Notes: generated from the sequence alone by a model not told the origin. DNA of 64,000 nucleotides from Salpingoeca rosetta (GCA_033442325.1 JAWQFM010000023.1:876410-940409), one strand, 5' to 3'; positions 1-12,479 are shown, counted from the stretch's first letter. Numbers and translations: made by a program.

Positions 1-34
1 CACACAACCACACACGTATGCAGGCACGTATTAC

Positions 35-2056
35 CTGCGGCAGGAGACGCGGCACTGGTAGAAGCGCCAGCGGCGGTCACGGAAGGTGTAGCTGAAGTCG
101 GACTGCACACCGCGGATCACATACTTGCTGTTTGCCGTGAAGCTGGTACTGCAAGGGTCAGGCGCAGGCGCGGGCAGGAGGAAGAGGAGGAGGAGGACGG
201 TCATGCGAGTTGAGTGGAAGAGCTTGTGTCACATGGGATTGTGGGGCAGCGACACAAAGAAGGCGTTCACATGTGCACACATGCATGCACAGTACAAACG
301 ACAGGCAAGCACAAGCAGCGTGTCTTACGTGGTAGTAGTAGAAGGGGTAGTAGAAGTAGTAGAAGTACTACACCACAAGCAAGCATCGCACAAACGCATG
401 GTGAGTTGGTCCAGACAGGTCATGAACATTCACACAGCTAAGCGTGTATATGTATGTGTGTGTGGTGAGAACGTATGCCCATGTAGTCATGATCACAGCC
501 TCCCTTGCACGATTGTCCACCCCCTGCCCCGAACACACATAACCCCATTAACTCCTTACGTAGTAGAAGTAGTATGGGTAGTAGCTGGGCCAGTTGTTGG
601 TCCATCCACTCCACGAGCAGCTGCTGTGGTACGGGCCGTTGTTGTTCGTTGTTGTTTGTGTGGTCTGCACAGCCAATGCGCCAACGACTGTGTGTGTGTG
701 TGGGGGGACAGCAGCAGACGATCGTGGTGTGCACGTTAATCAGCATGTGTACAGGGTGCAATGCACAGATGGACCAGCAACTTGGGTCAGCAGTTTGCTG
801 ACACGCTGATCACATAAGAGCAAGCACACACAGTGACCGAAGCGTGGCTGCAGCAATAACAAGGGATACACAGGTGTACCAAACGGCCCAGACACACACA
901 CACACACACTCTCTCTCACCGATCGCGGTAGCCATCGGAGTGGCCAGCCTGAATGCGGTAGATGGCCTGACCGTTGGGGCATGTCTTTGTGAACCCGCCA
1001 TAGTAGCTGTTCTCATAGCCACCAAAGCTGCGGTACGTGATGGAGTTGACTGAAGGCAGGAGGGAAAACCAGGTGAGGTAAGAAGGTGGCGTGATGGTGC
1101 GTTCGTATGGAAGCAGGCATGTGGCCGCACCCATGCACACGCACACACAAAGGCACATCTTCGCTGTCATGTCTCACCGTTGGTGCATCGGAAAGAGTAG
1201 CGACGGTCAACTGTCACGCGGATGCACATCAACACACAGAGATACATGTTGGTGAGATGCTGATTCAACAAGCACGCAGGACAAACAAACAAACAGGACG
1301 GCACAATTGCAATCTATCACAACAAGCAAACCCCAAGCAGGCACTTACGACGGCTGTTGCTGAAGACGCCATACCAGCCGTCAAGGACCTGGTTGGAAGG
1401 GCAGGTGAAACTCAGATAGCCACCAAAGTTGTTGGCCCTGTAAACAGACACAAATCATGCACGAGTTTGTTTTGTGTTGGCGTTTGCATGTAAGACAGGG
1501 CAGAAGAAGGAAGGTGAACGTGTGCACTTGTCCAATGTGCAGCAAGCAGTGTGCAGCGGTGGTGTTTGCCATGGGAAAACTGTTCAGGCAGGCAGACTGC
1601 GCCACGGGAACACACGCTGCCAAGACACAGAGGACACTGCTGCAGGCCGATACATGCGTGACCACCACCACCACCACCACCCTCCACGTCAGCACACGCA
1701 CGCACCAGCCATGAAAGCCGGACGGCTGTCCAGTGGCCACCTACAAACAGCAACAACAAAACCATCGTGCAGACATCATGCAGTCAGAGGGTCGTTTGGG
1801 CTCGGTCAATGCTGTGCCAAAGCAGCGGAGAAGCCACCAAAGGGGGATGATGACGACGGTCACCCCCTTAAACCCAAACAAACGCATTGGTTCCCACGCC
1901 AACAAAAGCAACGCAAACACAGAAAGAAAACACAGCGAAACAACAGCGCGACGCGCCCCACAAACCTCCACCAACAACCACCCGGCACACCCCACACCCA
2001 TCCACACGTACCAGCAGTGTTGACGCAAAGGTCAACAATGCGAGGAAGCGTGCCAT
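35..2056 (-). CDS. Secreted dermatopontin (DERM)-repeat protein; 3' end runs off the window; frameshifted as assembled
   Basis: GT-AG exons 2056-2012, 1740-1706, 1437-1349, 1210-1178, 1049-920, 687-560, 367-329, ~148-35. Signal peptide MARFLALLTFASTLLVATG, then three repeats: WANNFGGYLSFTCPSNQ..SRLDRRYSFRC; YENSYYGGFTKTCPNGQAIYRIQAGHSDGYRDRRWRIGC; CSWSGWTNNW..YVIRGVQSDFSYTFRDRRWRFYQC. These match the dermatopontin N..F.F.CP..I..S..DR.W.F.C pattern. Confidence 0.8.
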
Positions 2057-2549
2057 TTGGCGTGGTCACTCGAGGAGGATACCAGATGGGGCACACCACT
2101 CACACACACTCACGAACGGACACCAGAAGGAGGAGAAGACAGAGTGCACACGGCGCACACACAACCAAAAGGCGCAGAAGCGGGTGAAATGATTTTCTTT
2201 CGTGTCTTCACAGCGAGGGGAGTGGCGTGGTGTGTGTGGAGTGCTGAGCAAGCGTCACATCACAAACAACACCCGCGCTAGCAAGCCACCACAAGCCAGC
2301 ATTGCAAAAAACCGGGCATTCCCCACGGTCTTTGTGACGTCACAACCGCAGAAGACTTCTTTCGTGAAATGAGGAAAGAAATCCGTGGTGCTTTTGCCAA
2401 TTGCAACATCAATTTTGAAAAGCAACCATCTGCCGCGATATTCAAACCACGGAAGTTAAAGACGCAAAACCAAAGACGACGCTCCACACCCCCAACACAT
2501 ACGCTGTCTTGTCTTCCACCCCAACACCCACGTCCAAGCAGCAAGCACC

Positions 2550-5500
2550 ATGGCGATTGTGAGCTTCTTCTCGGAGCTGCGTGCACTCGCTGCGTGCACT
2601 CGCCGAGCACATTGAGAGCGATTGCAATGATCTCAAGCAACACATCCTCCAGCCTGCAGGCGTCGCACACACCAGCGCCTCGGCCTGTGCGTTGTGGCAT
2701 GGCGTGTGTCTGTGTCTATGTCTGTGTGTGTGTGTCTGTGTGTGCAGCGCTCGTTGTGTGTCGTGTGCAGCGCTCGTTGTGTGTCGTGCGCGTGGTGCAC
2801 CGTGTGGTTGTTGTTCGCTTTTGTAAACAGCGTGTTGTTGTACCGATTTGTTGTAGATGAGCCACTCATTCGTTATCAACCCACACCCAAACACACACAC
2901 GCGCGCACACACACACTGCGACAAACACATCCAAACGAACATCCACCACCACAACAACAGCCATTGAAGACACGCTTGTGGATTTGCAGACAGAGGCAGC
3001 GAGCTTGGATGATGCCCTTGCCAAGCTCGTGGCCAAACAACAAACTGCGTCTCCAACCCGTTCCCTCGTCAGCGCCCTGCACACCATCGTCCAGGTCCGT
3101 GACGATTGTCTTGCGTCTCGTTCATGGCTGGTTTTGCTTTGTGTTGTGTTTGTGCATGTGTGTTTGTGTGTGTGTGTGTATGCTACATGCTGTGGGTTTG
3201 TGTGGCGTGCGAGACGCCGTGGGCGGCTGTGTGCACCCGTGCGCTTGCTTCTGACTCAGTTTCTTGAACATGAATGCGCACCAGTATGCGTTTGTCCCAT
3301 GTCGACCTTCAAACAGTGAAAAAAGTGTTGCATTCACACAAAGCAAACAGCACCACAGCGCAACACGTCCAACAACTCCGTCTCAGCCACAAGCTTCACC
3401 GCATATAACGTACATAACATATGCGCATCAATCACATTATTAGAACAACCACGAGGTGCTTGACACAGTCGAGTCGAAGCTGAGCAAGTATGGATTCGCG
3501 CCTGCTGATCCCTTGCCGTCGCTGGATGACTTGCTGCTCAGCTGCAAGGATCCAGAGGGAGACAACCAGGACAACACGTTCTGCATTGACAGCGACACGT
3601 CCCAGCACGCCTCCGACAGCTACACCATCTCCGCAGACACATGGCACGATGACGACGTGTTTGCGCAGCAGGCGGCCAAGGGCTGTGCTGCAGACACGCC
3701 CGCTCATCAAGGTGATTCCAGCGTGGATGGCACTGTCTCGGGAATTGCATCCCCTGCGCATACCAACAACAGCAGCCAAGAGGCAGGTGCGTACGATGGA
3801 GAAGCACAGGGCGAGGTGTCATCGCTCTCGGAACCGCCACAGTCCCCGCACACGTGTGCGCCAGAGCCTCCTATGCCCAGCCCGTCCCCGCCCATGCTCA
3901 GCCGCACCAAGATCAAACTGTCCGCCACAACGATGGAAGCGCTCAAGCGAGCAGACAGCCTCTCACCACCACCAGCCATGCAGATGACAACCGGCATGAC
4001 GGAACGCGATGCCAAGTACCGCAACAGCTTTGACTCGGACATGTCCCCGCTGCCCATGTCCACCAGTCTGCCGCGGGCGTCCTCCACGACTGCCCATACG
4101 AGCAGCGCCAGCACCGACACTCACAGCAGTGAAAAGGCAGTGCGTGATGGCGACGAACACGGTGTAGGGGAAGGTTCGTTTACTGACCACATCGCCAGGA
4201 CCTGCCCGAGCAGCAGCGACAAGGATGCTGCTCACCTTGACTTTGGCCTCGGCCATCTTGCGTCGTTTGGCAGTGCGCATGACGAGCATGCAGAGCAATC
4301 CACGCACCACAGCACACAGGCAGAGACACCTCATGCCACCACTGCTACCGCGGACACGAACCCACTCGACCTGTCTGCGCTGTCACCGCCCCCTTTCAAC
4401 ATGAACAGTGATTTTCGCGCCAAGTACGCCCGAACGCAGCCGAACAACACCACCAACATGAGCAGCAAGGACGTCTGTGAGGAGGAACAAGCACGCGCAG
4501 ACGCAGCACCCACACCTGTCACTGAAGCTGAGGAGGTCGTCCACGCAGATAGTGATGGCGATGATGGCGATGGCGTTGTTGACGAGTATGGCGATGATCG
4601 TGATGTGTCCACATTGCCTCAGGCAGTGGAGGACAACAGCGGCCATGCAAGCACGCACAACACGCAGGAAACCGTGAGCGCCGGCGAGCCTGTGGATGAC
4701 ACGTGCCAGTCTGTGTACGCAGACGATATGAATGACAGTCTGACCGCGCACGTGCATGAGATCCTGCGCGATCTGTCGTCGACAGAATTCTCCTCGCTGC
4801 CCTCCTTTGTCCAAGCGCAGGTAAAGCATGAAATTGTGCACTTTGGGTGGTTGCTTGCTTGCTTCTGTGTTTGGGTGTGTGCGCGCGCGTTTGTTTGTTT
4901 GTTTTGTTTGTTTGTTTGCTTGTTTGTGTTTGTTTGTTTGTTTGTTTGTTTGTTTGTTTGTTTGCTTGTTTGTTTGTTTGTTTGTTTGTTTGTTTGTTTG
5001 TTTGTTTGTTTGTTTGTTTGTTTGTTTGTTTGTTTGTTTGTTTGTTTGTTTGTTTGTTTGTTTGTTTGTTTGTTTGTTTGTTTGTTTGTTTGTTTGCTCG
5101 TTTGTGAGTGTTTGTTTTGTTTGTGCTTGTGTGTTTGTGTGTGTGTGTGTGTGTTTCGGACCTGCATCGTTCTGATTCGGCGCCTGTCACAACCATGAGC
5201 GCGTGAGCACGCAAGTGCACTAACTGACTCCATGCTCAACCTGCCATTATCTGTTGCGTGTGCTGCGGCAGGTGTCGGTGGAGGAGTTGAACGAGGTCAT
5301 TCTGGCGCTGCGCGAATGCCTCAAGAACGTGGGCTCTGTTGAAGTGACGCTGAGCGAATCACAGCTCAGGTTGGTGTGGCACACGCTGGATAGGAGTGCG
5401 TGGTTGTGTGTGGCTGTGTGGCTTTGTGTGTGTGTGTGTGTGTGTGTGGTTGAGTGTGTGTGTGTGTGTGTGGTTGAGTGAGTGTGTGTGTGTGTGTGTG

Positions 5501-5901
5501 TGTGGTTGAGTGTGTATGTGCACGGTTGCGTGCGTGCAAGTCTCTGCGTGTGTGTTGTACTCTGCGCATTCACTTCCATTGATAATACACCCACACTCGC
5601 ACACATGGGGGGCGCAGGGACGATTTGTGTCTTGGATCCAAGACCAAGGCGTGCATTCTTGCTCTCATCAAGACAGGGCGGATGAAGGTGTGTCTGCCTG
5701 CCTGTCTGTCTGTCTGTCTGTCTGTCTGCCTCTACACGAGTTGCCTCCCTGCCTCCACCACCCATCCACCCCCTCCGGATTGTTGATCTTGGTATCAATT
5801 TGGGCGCACCATGACACCAGTTCACGCCACCATTGGTCCACAACACAACACAGTCCCAGGGCATGGCGGATGGCACGACCGTTTATGGGTTTGTCAACTA
5901 A
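2550..5901 (+). CDS. SKA3: Spindle and kinetochore-associated protein 3 (Ska3); exon 1 frameshifted by a 13-bp duplication as assembled
   Basis: Exons 2550-2686, 2961-3094, 3444-4820, 5272-5369, 5618-5687, 5854-5901, with phases consistent. N-term SFFSELRALAEHIESDCNDL resembles human SFCGKLRSLASTLDCE; LSKYGFAP resembles FQKYGYSP. Long S/T/P-rich linker, then a Ska1-like C-term (EFSSLPSFVQAQVSVEELN..LGSKTKACILALIKTGRM). Confidence 0.8.
4890..5100. repeat. (TTTG)n microsatellite in a SKA3 intron
   Basis: Seen directly. Confidence 0.95.
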
Positions 5902-6249
5902 GAAGCACAAGGACGCACAAAGAAAGGACAACGGGGGTCAATGATACGCTTATCCATTGTGCTCGCGACAGAATACAAGCAACAGAACGAAGGGGCGCTC
6001 AACAACACCTACAGCAGCACACAGACCGGTCAATAACAATCGGGTCTTCCTCTTACAACATGACACCGATTCTTTTCTCCTCACGTACACATGCACTCTT
6101 ACTTACTTACCTACACACATACATACAAAGCACCCGCGCACGCGCACGCGCACACCCGCACCTCTTACACGCACAGCAAGGCGAACGCTGCCGTTTCATG
6201 AGCAATACACGTACCAGCCAACAATGCACCGTCATGATGAGAGCTGTGT

Positions 6250-6291
<42 letters not shown>

Positions 6292-6328
6292 TGTGTGTGG
6301 TGTGTGTGTGTGTGGTGTGGTGTGTGTG

Positions 6329-6809
6329 TCAGGTCCATAACGCGTGGAGCTGGTGGTGCTCATCGTGCTTGTTTGGCCAAGCGAAGGCGATGGTTGTGCC
6401 CTTGTGGACATCTGTGCGGATGTTGCAAGGGTTTGAGACTGGCGCCTGGATGCGCCACGAGGACGGCGAGAGCGGGACGTGGTTACCGCGAACGGCTACG
6501 TGCACGTCCTCCAAGATGATGCTGGACTGGGGCAGCTCGTCGCACGTGGAGGGTGCGTGCTCCATGACGAAGAACAGGCGCGAGAACACGGTGCCCTCAG
6601 GGACGCTCACGGTGTTGTTCACCGATGTGTTGGCCAGGCTGTTGCACAGGAGAAGGTTGTAGCCCGTCGGTGTCTGCTCCACGCTGAAGGTGACGGTGTC
6701 GCCAGGCAGGACGTGGCCAGGTGCGCTCTGCCACCAGTATCGCGACGCAGGGCACGCCCGCTCCTGGAACACGGTGAACTGCGGACGGTCCACGCTCCTG
6801 CGGGTGGAA

Positions 6810-6873
<64 letters not shown>

Positions 6874-7367
6874 TTGCATGTTGGGGACGCGTGTAAGCGT
6901 CGCTCGTAGCTATCGTCACACACACACACACACATACACACACATACACACAATTGTGCTTGCTGCACGTACCATGCGAGCACGAGACACACACACACAC
7001 ACACACGCGCACACACACACACACACACATACACACGCACACACACACACACATACACACACGCACGCGCGCACCGACCGCCACAAGAGCATGCTGCGTA
7101 CAGGTTTGATGGGGAGTCTGGCACGCGCACAGTAAAGTTGGCAAAGGTGACGGGATGACGTTGTTCCTTGCTGTGTGATCGCTGTGACTCTCTGAGCTCG
7201 GCATAGGTGACCCAGGACGCGGCCGGAAACGACGCTGCCGCCACATCCTCTGCTATCGCGGCGAAACCCTCTTCATCTCCGCCACCGCCACCGCCAACGA
7301 CACTGCCGCAGCCACAGCAACAGCACGCCACCACAAACACCACCACAACCACAACGCGCTGCTTCAT
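6329..7367 (-). CDS. Uncharacterised secreted protein, probable beta-sandwich (weak resemblance to G1/A4 peptidase-like fold)
   Basis: Two exons (~7367-7074, ~6798-6329) joined at a phase-2 GT-AG intron. Hydrophobic N-term MKQRVVVVVVFVVACC; motifs NFTVRVP, VLPGDTVTFSV, FVMEHAPSTCDELP. Confidence 0.55.
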
Positions 7368-8046
7368 TGTTGTTTGGTTGTTTTGTGCGGAATATATGGT
7401 TTCGGTGAGATGCAGTTCGCTTCTTGAGTCGGCATTCATTTCATTAAGGACACCTGGACACACTGACACACACACAGTGGCACTGGGATGGCGCGACAGG
7501 GCGTGGCTGCGTGTGCATACGCCAGGGCAAATGGGCGGAGACAGCACACAGCACACTCAAGCACAGAAACGCGGCACACTCAAGCACAGAAACGAGGCAC
7601 AGAGTAGACAGGCATGTTCTGCAATGAACGGCGAATCTGCGAATGGGAGGGGGAGGAAAGGAGAGGACTGAAGGAGGAGGGGAATAACGAAGAATAACAC
7701 CGCCCCATCACCGCTCATTCGCGCCATGAACACAAGAACTCAGGGTATGAGACACAGACAAATCGCAGACACAGCAGGGCAGTCGAGAACAGAGCGGAGG
7801 AGGGCTTCTTACTTATGAAGCAAGTACCATGGAACAGTGAGACACAAAAACACTAACAGACAAAGAGACAAAGAGACAAGGGGAGAAAAGAGAGACAAGA
7901 GAGACAGACAGACAGACAAGAGAGACAGACAGACAGACAGACAGCTGGATGCAAGGAAAGATGGAGATGTGTGTATGTTTGTTTGCGCTGTGTGCTCTGT
8001 GGTGTAGGACTGGCACGCAACAGCGCAACGGGGTGGGTTCATGGGC

Positions 8047-9575
8047 TCATGCGCTGCGCACGCAGGCCGCGCAGAAGGAGCTGATGAAGAAGACGACGAG
8101 GGCGGCAAACATGAGGAAGGACGCGGCACCAACGCCGTACGGCCCACACAGCGTGAAGTAGTCCATGCCTGCGGTGGGGTCGGTGCACCTGAGACCGCAC
8201 TGGCCCTCCTCCGTGCCGGCCGGGCAGCGGTCATCGAGGTAGATGAACCCCAAAGGAAAGAGAATGGAGGCGATGAGGAAGAAGATGCTGGTGATGCTCA
8301 TGGACAGCTTGGCCAGCGCCGCCACCCAGCCGTTTGCCCGAATGGTGGCCACAAGCGCCAGCACAATCGTCATTGACAGGAAGATGACCCTAATTAACGA
8401 GGAGTGTTTGGGGACAACGGTGGCGTTGGAAGAGTGTGGTGAGAACACGGGACCCTCAGGTAGGGCAGTGGTAGGGTGTAAGGGTGTATGTATTCCTGAA
8501 TGGTTGGTTGCATGGGTTGTTGGTTGGTTGTAGTTGGCTGATTGTATGGTTGGCTGGTTGGTTGGCTGGTTGAGCACAAGAAGACCAAAAAGAACAACGC
8601 CGATGCCGGGATAACGCACCCGATGACGAAGAGGACGCCAGCAGCATACCACGCGTCAATGTTTGACTTGTTGAAGCCTGTGCTGAAGCAGCGCTCTGCG
8701 CCAAACCCAGTCACCACGTTATCGTTGAGCGGTGTGTACTGTTCGCATTGCCGGAACAACCCAACCTGCAAGCAAAATGAACCAAAGAACGCCGAAACAA
8801 GGAGATAGGGAGATGTACGAGTTCAGTCAGTTGTTCAAGCCAAACATGTGTGTGTGTATGTGTGTGTGTGTGCGTAGGTGGCGCATGTGCGCTGTCTCGC
8901 CTTCACACACACACAAGCAGATAAGCATACACGCCATCCACGCACGGTCAAGTACCGCCCGGCTACAACACAACACACACACACACACACACAACATGCG
9001 CACCTGGCGGTCAAGGAAAGGAAAGTCGGGGTCGTCTGTGGGTTCTGTGCCTTCCACCCAATCGGGGAGCGTGAATGCCACAACCAGCAAGATCTACAAA
9101 GGGAACAAACAACACAGGGGTTGGAGAAGCATTACCACAAGTGCACACACACACACGTCCAAAGAGACTGAAGTAACTTCCGTTGAACAACTCACTCACT
9201 CACGCGTACGCACACGCGTTCACCCGTACGCCCATCATCGTCATCTCACGATCTGCACAAACCTGGATGCCACACACACTCACGCGTACGCACACGCGCA
9301 CGCAGGCACTCAGCACGCACTCTCACACTGCCTCATGCATACGCACGCGTACACACGCATACGCACGCATACGCACACACCCAGGTGACGACGAGGAGAA
9401 ATGTCCAGATGAGGAGGAGGATGCGGGAGATGACGGGCTCGTACTCTGGTGTGGTGACTTGCAAGGTCACGGCGGTGCTTCTGCGCATGGTGCTGGTCGG
9501 GGTTGTGGTCATGGTTGTGGTGGTGCTTGTGTTGACCTTGCTGTGTCGGTCATCGCGCAACGTAGACGATGGCAT
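8047..9575 (-). CDS. Claudin-superfamily four-TM protein, MOSMO (Atthog)/LHFPL-like
   Basis: Four exons (~9575-9380, 9094-9004, 8765-8620, 8389-8047). TM1-PDW, VGLFRQC, ILFPLGFIY and VGAASFLM parallel recalled MOSMO motifs NPDW, VGLVRQC, IFPIGFY and VGSSYVL. Confidence 0.7.
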
Positions 9576-10128
9576 GGTCGTTTGGTCGTTTGGGCGTTGG
9601 TGAAGAAGAGCAACACAGATTGTACACAAGTCAATCCGCAACAAGGGAAGATGCAGCAGGAACAACAACAGAAACGGTGAACAGGAGGCGAGGAGAGATC
9701 ACGGCGTTAGCGGCGTCGCTGGCTCTGAGAAGAATGCTATGGCAATCAATATGTGATGATGGATGCACTTGGTTCTTCTCCCACAAACAGCAGCAGCAGG
9801 GAGAGAGAAAGACTGAAAGACAACAAAGGAGAGGCGCGAGCAGGGAAGGGAAGAAGGCAGGTGGCACGATGAGCAGAGGCTGGCGGGGGTGATGATGGTG
9901 TGATGGTGTGATGATTGCATTGCATTATTACTTTGTTGGTCGGTGTGTGAGAGAGCGGTTCGTGCTACGCCTTCGCCTGCTTTGTCTTCGCCTTTCTTCT
10001 TCTGGTTCGCTGGGGGGGGGGGGGCTTGGTGGCAGTTGCCCAGCAGCAAGGCGCGTTGCAGTCCTGCGAGAAAAGCAGCACTGTTGCTTGCGAGCAAGAA
10101 TTTGTGACGACAGCATAAAAAAAGCAGC

Positions 10129-11103
10129 ATGGATGTGGTGCTGGGCGAGTTGGCTGCGGAACGCGATGCAGGGTGTGCTTTGGAGGCGGAGAGGCGGCTG
10201 TGGAACGTGCTTGCGCTCCTGTCCCCGCACGTCACAACAATCACAACAATCACAGCAGCAGCAACAGCAAGGACACCAGCATCAATAGGTATGGGACCTG
10301 CTTGCTTGGTGCTGCTGGCGATGGTGCTGCTGGTGATGGTGCTGGTGGCGATGTGGTGGTAGTTGCGCACGCACAAACGCACCACGACCAGCTGTACGCG
10401 AGCAACGATCACGCAAAGGCAGGGGGGGGGGGCAAAGTTCCCAAATCATGTTTGTTCGTGCGCTGTATGTGGGTGTGCGTGTGTGCGTATGTGTGTGAGG
10501 TGAACTCAGTGGTTTCTCTGACTCACGTACCATGAACACGCACACACACACGCACACTACACACACACACACACACTGCACACGCACACACACTGCACAC
10601 ACACACACACACACACTGCACACACACTGCACACGCACACACTGCACACACTCAACAGCAAAGGTAAAGTGGTGCGCGCAGGCCATTGCACGTGCTTTCG
10701 TGTACCTGCTGCCATACCTTCGCGGTAAGACCAGTGGCGGTGGTGCTGGTAGTGTTCATGACAGTTTGGCAGACGAGGCGTCGCTGAAAACCGCCTGGAG
10801 AGTTCCTCACAGAACCAACTTCACGCACACCGACATGGATATCTACACACACGCACACGTGTGCTCACACACACACACACGCGCGCGCGCGCACGCACTT
10901 GCTTTGCTTCCTGGTTTGTGCACCGGCATAGTGCGCCAAACGCTTGCTGAGGAGTACTTTGGCCTCTTCTGCCAACGCCGCAGCGGCGGTGATGCAGCCT
11001 CAAATGCCCCTCTACCACTGGTACGCAACCACCTGACTCTATCAGCCAGCTCGCCAGCGTGTGCGCCCTCTCCTCCTTGTGTGTCACGTCTCGCGCTTGT
11101 CTT

Positions 11104-11141
<38 letters not shown>

Positions 11142-12055
11142 TCACACGCACACCCGTCTCGCACACTGCTCTCCATTGACACGTGCAGCGCCTCGGCATC
11201 GTTGGCATCCTGCTCACGTTTCAGCCGGCGCTGCTGTCCGCGCTTCGACGCCAATGTACATGTTGATGCAGTGTGTTGATGACGTGTGTTGATGCGTGTT
11301 CAATGATGGTGTTGTGTTGATGACGCGTGTTGCTTTGCTGCTTGGGGATGCTGTGTTGAGTTGCTTCGTGCGATGCTGCATATGTGCGTGCGTGGGTAAT
11401 GGTGCACACCCCAGCAACCACCAGCACCACGTCACTCACCTCCACCTCCACCTCCAACACAGGCCGCAGGGTGGCTGTGCTGCGAGATTTTGACGTGAGA
11501 GCTGTGCTGCACGATGTGGAACTGCTGCTTCGCATCGTCAGCCCTGGATTTGTCTCTGTTGTACACGCGTGCCTCGGCCTACGCTTTGCACCACCAGCGG
11601 CGAAAGCAGCAGCAGCAGCACAGGGAGCACGCCACCACTTACAGGCGCCACCAGCACAGTCGCAGCAGCAGCAGCAGCAACAACAACAACAACAACCACA
11701 GTCGCTGCGACAGCTGCTGCTGGCTGCCGTGCTCGCAAAAACCGTTGCGGGTGTGCTGAAGGGCGTGATGAAGTGGCGCCGGCGCACGCTCGCCCAACGC
11801 GCTCGTGCCCACCTCCTCCTCGCCGCACCTGCCCATGCTGATGGCGGGAGCGGTGGTGGTGACACGCAATCAGCTGAGGAGCAGGCATCATCTTCGCCCA
11901 CATGTTTGCTCTGTTTAGGGTGAGCACGGTGCACTTGTTTGTGCTGGGTTGTGTTTGTGTTGGTTTGTGTTGGTTTGTGTGTGTGTGTGCGTGTGCGTGC
12001 GTTTGTGTGTGTGTGTGCGTGTGCGTGCGTTTGTGTGTGTGTGTGCGTGTGCGTG

Positions 12056-12100
<45 letters not shown>

Positions 12101-12479
12101 GTATGTCTATGAATCGTGTATGCACGACTTAATGACAAGAGGAAAGAGGATGTGCGAACCCCCACGACCAGCCAGTAGAGAGATCCCCTATCCCGTGCGT
12201 TCAATCATATTCTTAAAGAAAAAAACAGTACTTTATAATTTTTTTTATTTTTTGACTTATTTTTTATGTGGATTAACAGAGTAGTACTGAGATCAAAAGA
12301 TAAGAAGAATGCATATATGGCATGATCATAGTGTGAATTGCTATGTAGCCAATGTATTATAATGACGATACTCTGCGAANNNNNNNNNNNNNNNNNNNNN
12401 NNNNNNNNNNNNNNNNNNNNNNNNNNNNNNNNNNNNNNNNNNNNNNNNNNNNNNNNNNNNNNNNNNNNNNNNNNNNNNN

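Noticed and set aside
10129-10420. Apparent premature stop in PEX10 exon 1
   Set aside because: A phase-1 donor (ATAG|gtatgg) precedes the stop and matches the next acceptor.
12130-12379. AT-rich stretch as an inserted element or ncRNA
   Set aside because: It follows a long (TG)n and ends at an N-gap, typical of a degraded read end; PEX10 splices across it in phase.
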